64,000 bases of DNA, taken from positions 393,619-457,618 of the forward strand of contig CAVYRE010000006.1 of assembly GCA_963770875.1 (NCBI GenBank), written 5' to 3'. The stretch is from an uncultured Chloroflexia bacterium (lineage in GTDB: Bacteria > Chloroflexota > Limnocylindria > QHBO01). This document shows positions 61,389-64,000 of this stretch, in pieces. The translations under genes were made by a program, and so were the position numbers. Positions within the stretch are counted from its first letter, which is position 1; each line of letters begins with the position of its first letter. The notes beneath the pieces are model-generated. The model saw only the letters and a program-made list of their open reading frames with translations, was not told the origin of the DNA and did not search any database.

Positions 61389-62357
61389 ATGAAGCCGATG
61401 CAGGCAAGACCGGTCCTCCTCGACGTCGACACGGGGATCGACGACATGGTCGCCCTGCTGATCGCCGCCACCGCCCCGGAGCTGGACCTCCGCGGCGTGA
61501 CCTGCGTCGCCGGCAACGTGGAGATCCACCACGTGGCGCGCAACACCGGCAAGATCCTGCGCATGGTGGGGCGCGGCGACGTGCCGGTCAGCATCGGGGC
61601 CGCGCGGCCCCTGAATCGACGGCTGCGCACCGCTCCGGACACCCACGGCCCCACCGGCACCGGCTACGTCGAGTTGACCGGTGAGGATCCCGAGCTCGGC
61701 GCGACCGACTACACCCCGGTCCCCGCGGCCCGCTACATCGCCGCGCACATCGAGAAGCATCCCGGTGAGCTGACCGTGGTGGCGCTCGGCCCGCTCACCA
61801 ACCTCGCCTCGGCCGTGCTGAACGGCGTGGACCTGGCCAGTGGGCTGCGCGAGGCGATCTGGATGGGCGGGACGATCGAGGAGCGCGGCAACACCACCGA
61901 GACCGGGGAGTGGAACGCATGCGTCGATCCGGAGGCTGCCGAGGCGTGCCTCGCCGCCAACGCCATCTCGCGCCTCTTTCCGCTCGACGCGACGCAGGAC
62001 GTGCTCTTCAGCCTCGACGACCTCGACGCCCTGCCCGACACGCCGCTCGCAGCCGTCGTGCGCGACGCCGTCCGCTACTACGTCGCCTTCCATCGCAGCG
62101 CGGACGGCATCGACGGCTGCTATCTGCACGACCCGGTCACCCTCATCGGGTCGCTCCTGCGCCCCGACCTCGTCACCGAGACGATCAGCCAGGCGCTCGC
62201 CTGCGACACCGGCAACGACCAGTTCCTGGCCGGCAGCCTGTATCGGCTCGAGGACGGCACCCGCAGGCCGGTCGAGATCGCGATGGCGATCGACTCCGAG
62301 CCGATGCGGGCGGAGCTGCTGGCGCGGCTGGCCCGTGCCGTGGCACCCTCAAGCTAG
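61389..62357 (+). CDS. Inosine-uridine-preferring nucleoside hydrolase (IUNH) family protein.
   Basis: 'VLLDVDTGIDDMVALL' (DxDxxxDD Ca-binding motif), 'NVEIHHVARN'. Confidence 0.9.
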   Translation: MKPMQARPVLLDVDTGIDDMVALLIAATAPELDLRGVTCVAGNVEIHHVARNTGKILRMVGRGDVPVSIGAARPLNRRLRTAPDTHGPTGTGYVELTGEDPELGATDYTPVPAARYIAAHIEKHPGELTVVALGPLTNLASAVLNGVDLASGLREAIWMGGTIEERGNTTETGEWNACVDPEAAEACLAANAISRLFPLDATQDVLFSLDDLDALPDTPLAAVVRDAVRYYVAFHRSADGIDGCYLHDPVTLIGSLLRPDLVTETISQALACDTGNDQFLAGSLYRLEDGTRRPVEIAMAIDSEPMRAELLARLARAVAPSS

Positions 62358-62381
62358 CACGCACTGGAGGAGGTGGCGCTC

Positions 62382-63434
62382 GTGATCATCCGCTGGCTCG
62401 TGGCCCTGGTGGCCTTCGTCATCGTCGCGTACGTGGGGATCGCCGTCATCGGCAACTTCAGCGCCGCGGCGGCCAACAACAGCTGGGCGCTGACGGCGGC
62501 GCTCGGCCTGGCGGCGGCCTTCGTCGCCTATGCCGTGGTCGAGTACGTGCAGACCGGCAAGCTCGCCTCGATCTCCCGCCAGTTCGACACGCGGACGATC
62601 GTGCTCATCCCGGTCGCCATCGCCATCAACATCATCCTGGGCCAGGCGGTCGCCTCCGCCCTGAAGCTCCCCATCTACTTCGACAGCATCGGTACGATCC
62701 TGGTCGGGGCGCTCGCCGGGCCGGTCGCAGGGGCGCTCACCGGCTTCCTCGCCAACACGCTCTGGACCTATGTCGTCCCGCCGCCCTTCCACAGCGACTT
62801 CGCGGCGCCGTTCGCGATCGTGGCCGCCGTGATCGGCCTGCTGGCGGGCCTCTTCGGGCGGGTCGGCTGGCTGCGGCCGCGGACCGGGCGCAGCACCCTG
62901 CAGCTCGCGCTCGGTGGCGGCGCGGCGATCCTCATCGTCGCGGGGCTCGGGTACTACGCCTACACCCGCTTCTACGGGGAGGGCTTCGCCCTCTTCGGCA
63001 GCGGCGGCGACCTCATCTTCGTGATCCTCGGCTGGCTTGTCGTGGTGCTGATCGTCGGCGCCGTGGTCGGCTTCCTGGCGCTCCTCTTCGTGCGACGCGA
63101 CCTGTCGGTCGCCTACGTGGTCGTGGCGGGCGTGTCGACCGGCATCGTCGCCGCGCTCATCAGCGCGCCGATCAGCGCGAACCTGTTCAGCGGCGTGACC
63201 GGCTCCGGCACCGACTTCCTGGTCGCCGCCTTCCGGCAGGCGGGATCGGACATCCAGACCGCCACCTTCCAGCAGGGGCTCCTCTCGGACCCCGTCGACA
63301 AGCTGGTCACGTTCCTGACCGTCTACGTCATCCTGGCCGCCATGGCGCGCCGCACGAAGGCGCGCTTCCCGCAGGGTGAGCGCCTGCTCGAGACCGATGC
63401 GACGGGCGCTCCGCCGGCGGAGTCGCCCGCCTGA
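62382..63434 (+). CDS. ECF-transporter substrate-specific (S) component, unusually long (~350 aa) with N- and C-terminal TM extensions.
   Basis: Second GTG, 9 nt after GGAGGAG. S-component-like core 'KLPIYFDSIGTILVGALAGPVAGALTGFLANTLW'; about 9 TM helices. Confidence 0.7.
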   Translation: MIIRWLVALVAFVIVAYVGIAVIGNFSAAAANNSWALTAALGLAAAFVAYAVVEYVQTGKLASISRQFDTRTIVLIPVAIAINIILGQAVASALKLPIYFDSIGTILVGALAGPVAGALTGFLANTLWTYVVPPPFHSDFAAPFAIVAAVIGLLAGLFGRVGWLRPRTGRSTLQLALGGGAAILIVAGLGYYAYTRFYGEGFALFGSGGDLIFVILGWLVVVLIVGAVVGFLALLFVRRDLSVAYVVVAGVSTGIVAALISAPISANLFSGVTGSGTDFLVAAFRQAGSDIQTATFQQGLLSDPVDKLVTFLTVYVILAAMARRTKARFPQGERLLETDATGAPPAESPA

Positions 63435-64000
63435 GCGGCCTTCCCTCCTTCCTGGCGCGACCCGGCCCGAGCGTCGTCCATCGCCTCAACCCGCTCACGA
63501 AGCTGGTCCTGGCGATCGCCTCGGCGGTGGCCGCCGTGGTGCTCGGCGGCGTACTCGGACCGGCGCTGATCATGGCCTTTGCCGTGCTCCTGCCCGCCGT
63601 GATCGGGGGCGTGGCGCTCCGCCTGGTTCGCACCTCGCTCCTCTTCTCCCTCCCGATCGCGATCAGCGCGCTGTTGGTCAACCTCTTCTTCTACCCCGAC
63701 GGGGTCACCGTCCTCTTCCGGCTCGGGCCGATCGCCGCCACCGCCGAGGGGCTCGGCTTCGCGATCCAGCTGCTCGCCAGGATCGGCGCCATCAGCGGGG
63801 CGATCACCCTCTTCTACCTGACCACTCCGCCCGGCGAGCTGGTGCTCGACCTCGAGCGGCGCGGCGTCTCGCCGCGGATCGCGTTCGTGGCCCTCGCCTC
63901 GGTGCAGACCGTGCCGGCGATGGTCGATCGCGCGATGACGATCACCGCCGCGCAGCGGGCCCGTGGCCTCGACACCGAGGGCTCGGTCTGGCGGCGTGTC
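63431..64000 (+). CDS. ECF-transporter transmembrane (T) component, EcfT/CbiQ family. Partial: it continues beyond the window and the start codon is unresolved.
   Basis: Open frame from the S-component stop to the window end. 'RLNPLTKLVLAI', 'ARGLD'-type C-terminal signature 'AAQRARGLD'. No canonical in-frame start is visible near 63431, so this may be another indel. Confidence 0.6.
   Translation, partial: MSGLPSFLARPGPSVVHRLNPLTKLVLAIASAVAAVVLGGVLGPALIMAFAVLLPAVIGGVALRLVRTSLLFSLPIAISALLVNLFFYPDGVTVLFRLGPIAATAEGLGFAIQLLARIGAISGAITLFYLTTPPGELVLDLERRGVSPRIAFVALASVQTVPAMVDRAMTITAAQRARGLDTEGSVWRRV

Overview
This is a high-GC (~70%) bacterial chromosomal segment, probably from an actinomycete (Actinobacteria). 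Evidence for that: F420-dependent enzyme families, ThyX, a PIG-L/LmbE deacetylase, and pervasive 1- to 4-nt start/stop overlaps (ATGA/GTGA/TGATG). I found no rRNA, tRNA, CRISPR arrays, transposases or phage genes. In order along the window, the content is:
- a partial secreted HExxH metalloprotease;
- a threonine-degradation operon (FAH-family, tdh, kbl);
- a LacI-regulated maltodextrin/starch locus (MalEFG-like ABC transporter, a cytoplasmic GH13, and a very large membrane-anchored GH13 amylase/pullulanase with FN3 and starch-binding domains);
- amino-acid and GABA-type catabolic genes (P5C-dehydrogenase-like ALDH, class-III aminotransferase, CoA-transferase A/B, succinate-semialdehyde dehydrogenase) plus pyrD;
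- a compact, translationally coupled group-3-type (most likely 3b, sulfhydrogenase-like) [NiFe]-hydrogenase operon: fused beta-gamma diaphorase, small subunit, large subunit, endopeptidase, HypC, followed by an EamA transporter and a conserved hypothetical, and preceded by a stand-alone cNMP-binding protein;
- fumC, an OmpR/histidine-kinase pair, thyX, a membrane-bound degenerate GGDEF protein;
- a leucine-catabolism cluster (methylcrotonyl-CoA carboxylase beta and alpha, enoyl-CoA hydratase, HMG-CoA lyase);
- a nucleoside hydrolase followed by ECF-transporter S and T components.
The most striking general property is that at least 17 otherwise well-conserved genes, including the essential pyrD and fumC, carry apparent single-base frameshifts. 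This most plausibly reflects indel errors in the assembly rather than gene decay. I could only check coordinates by eye against the ORF track, so hairpin and frameshift positions are approximate to within a few bases.
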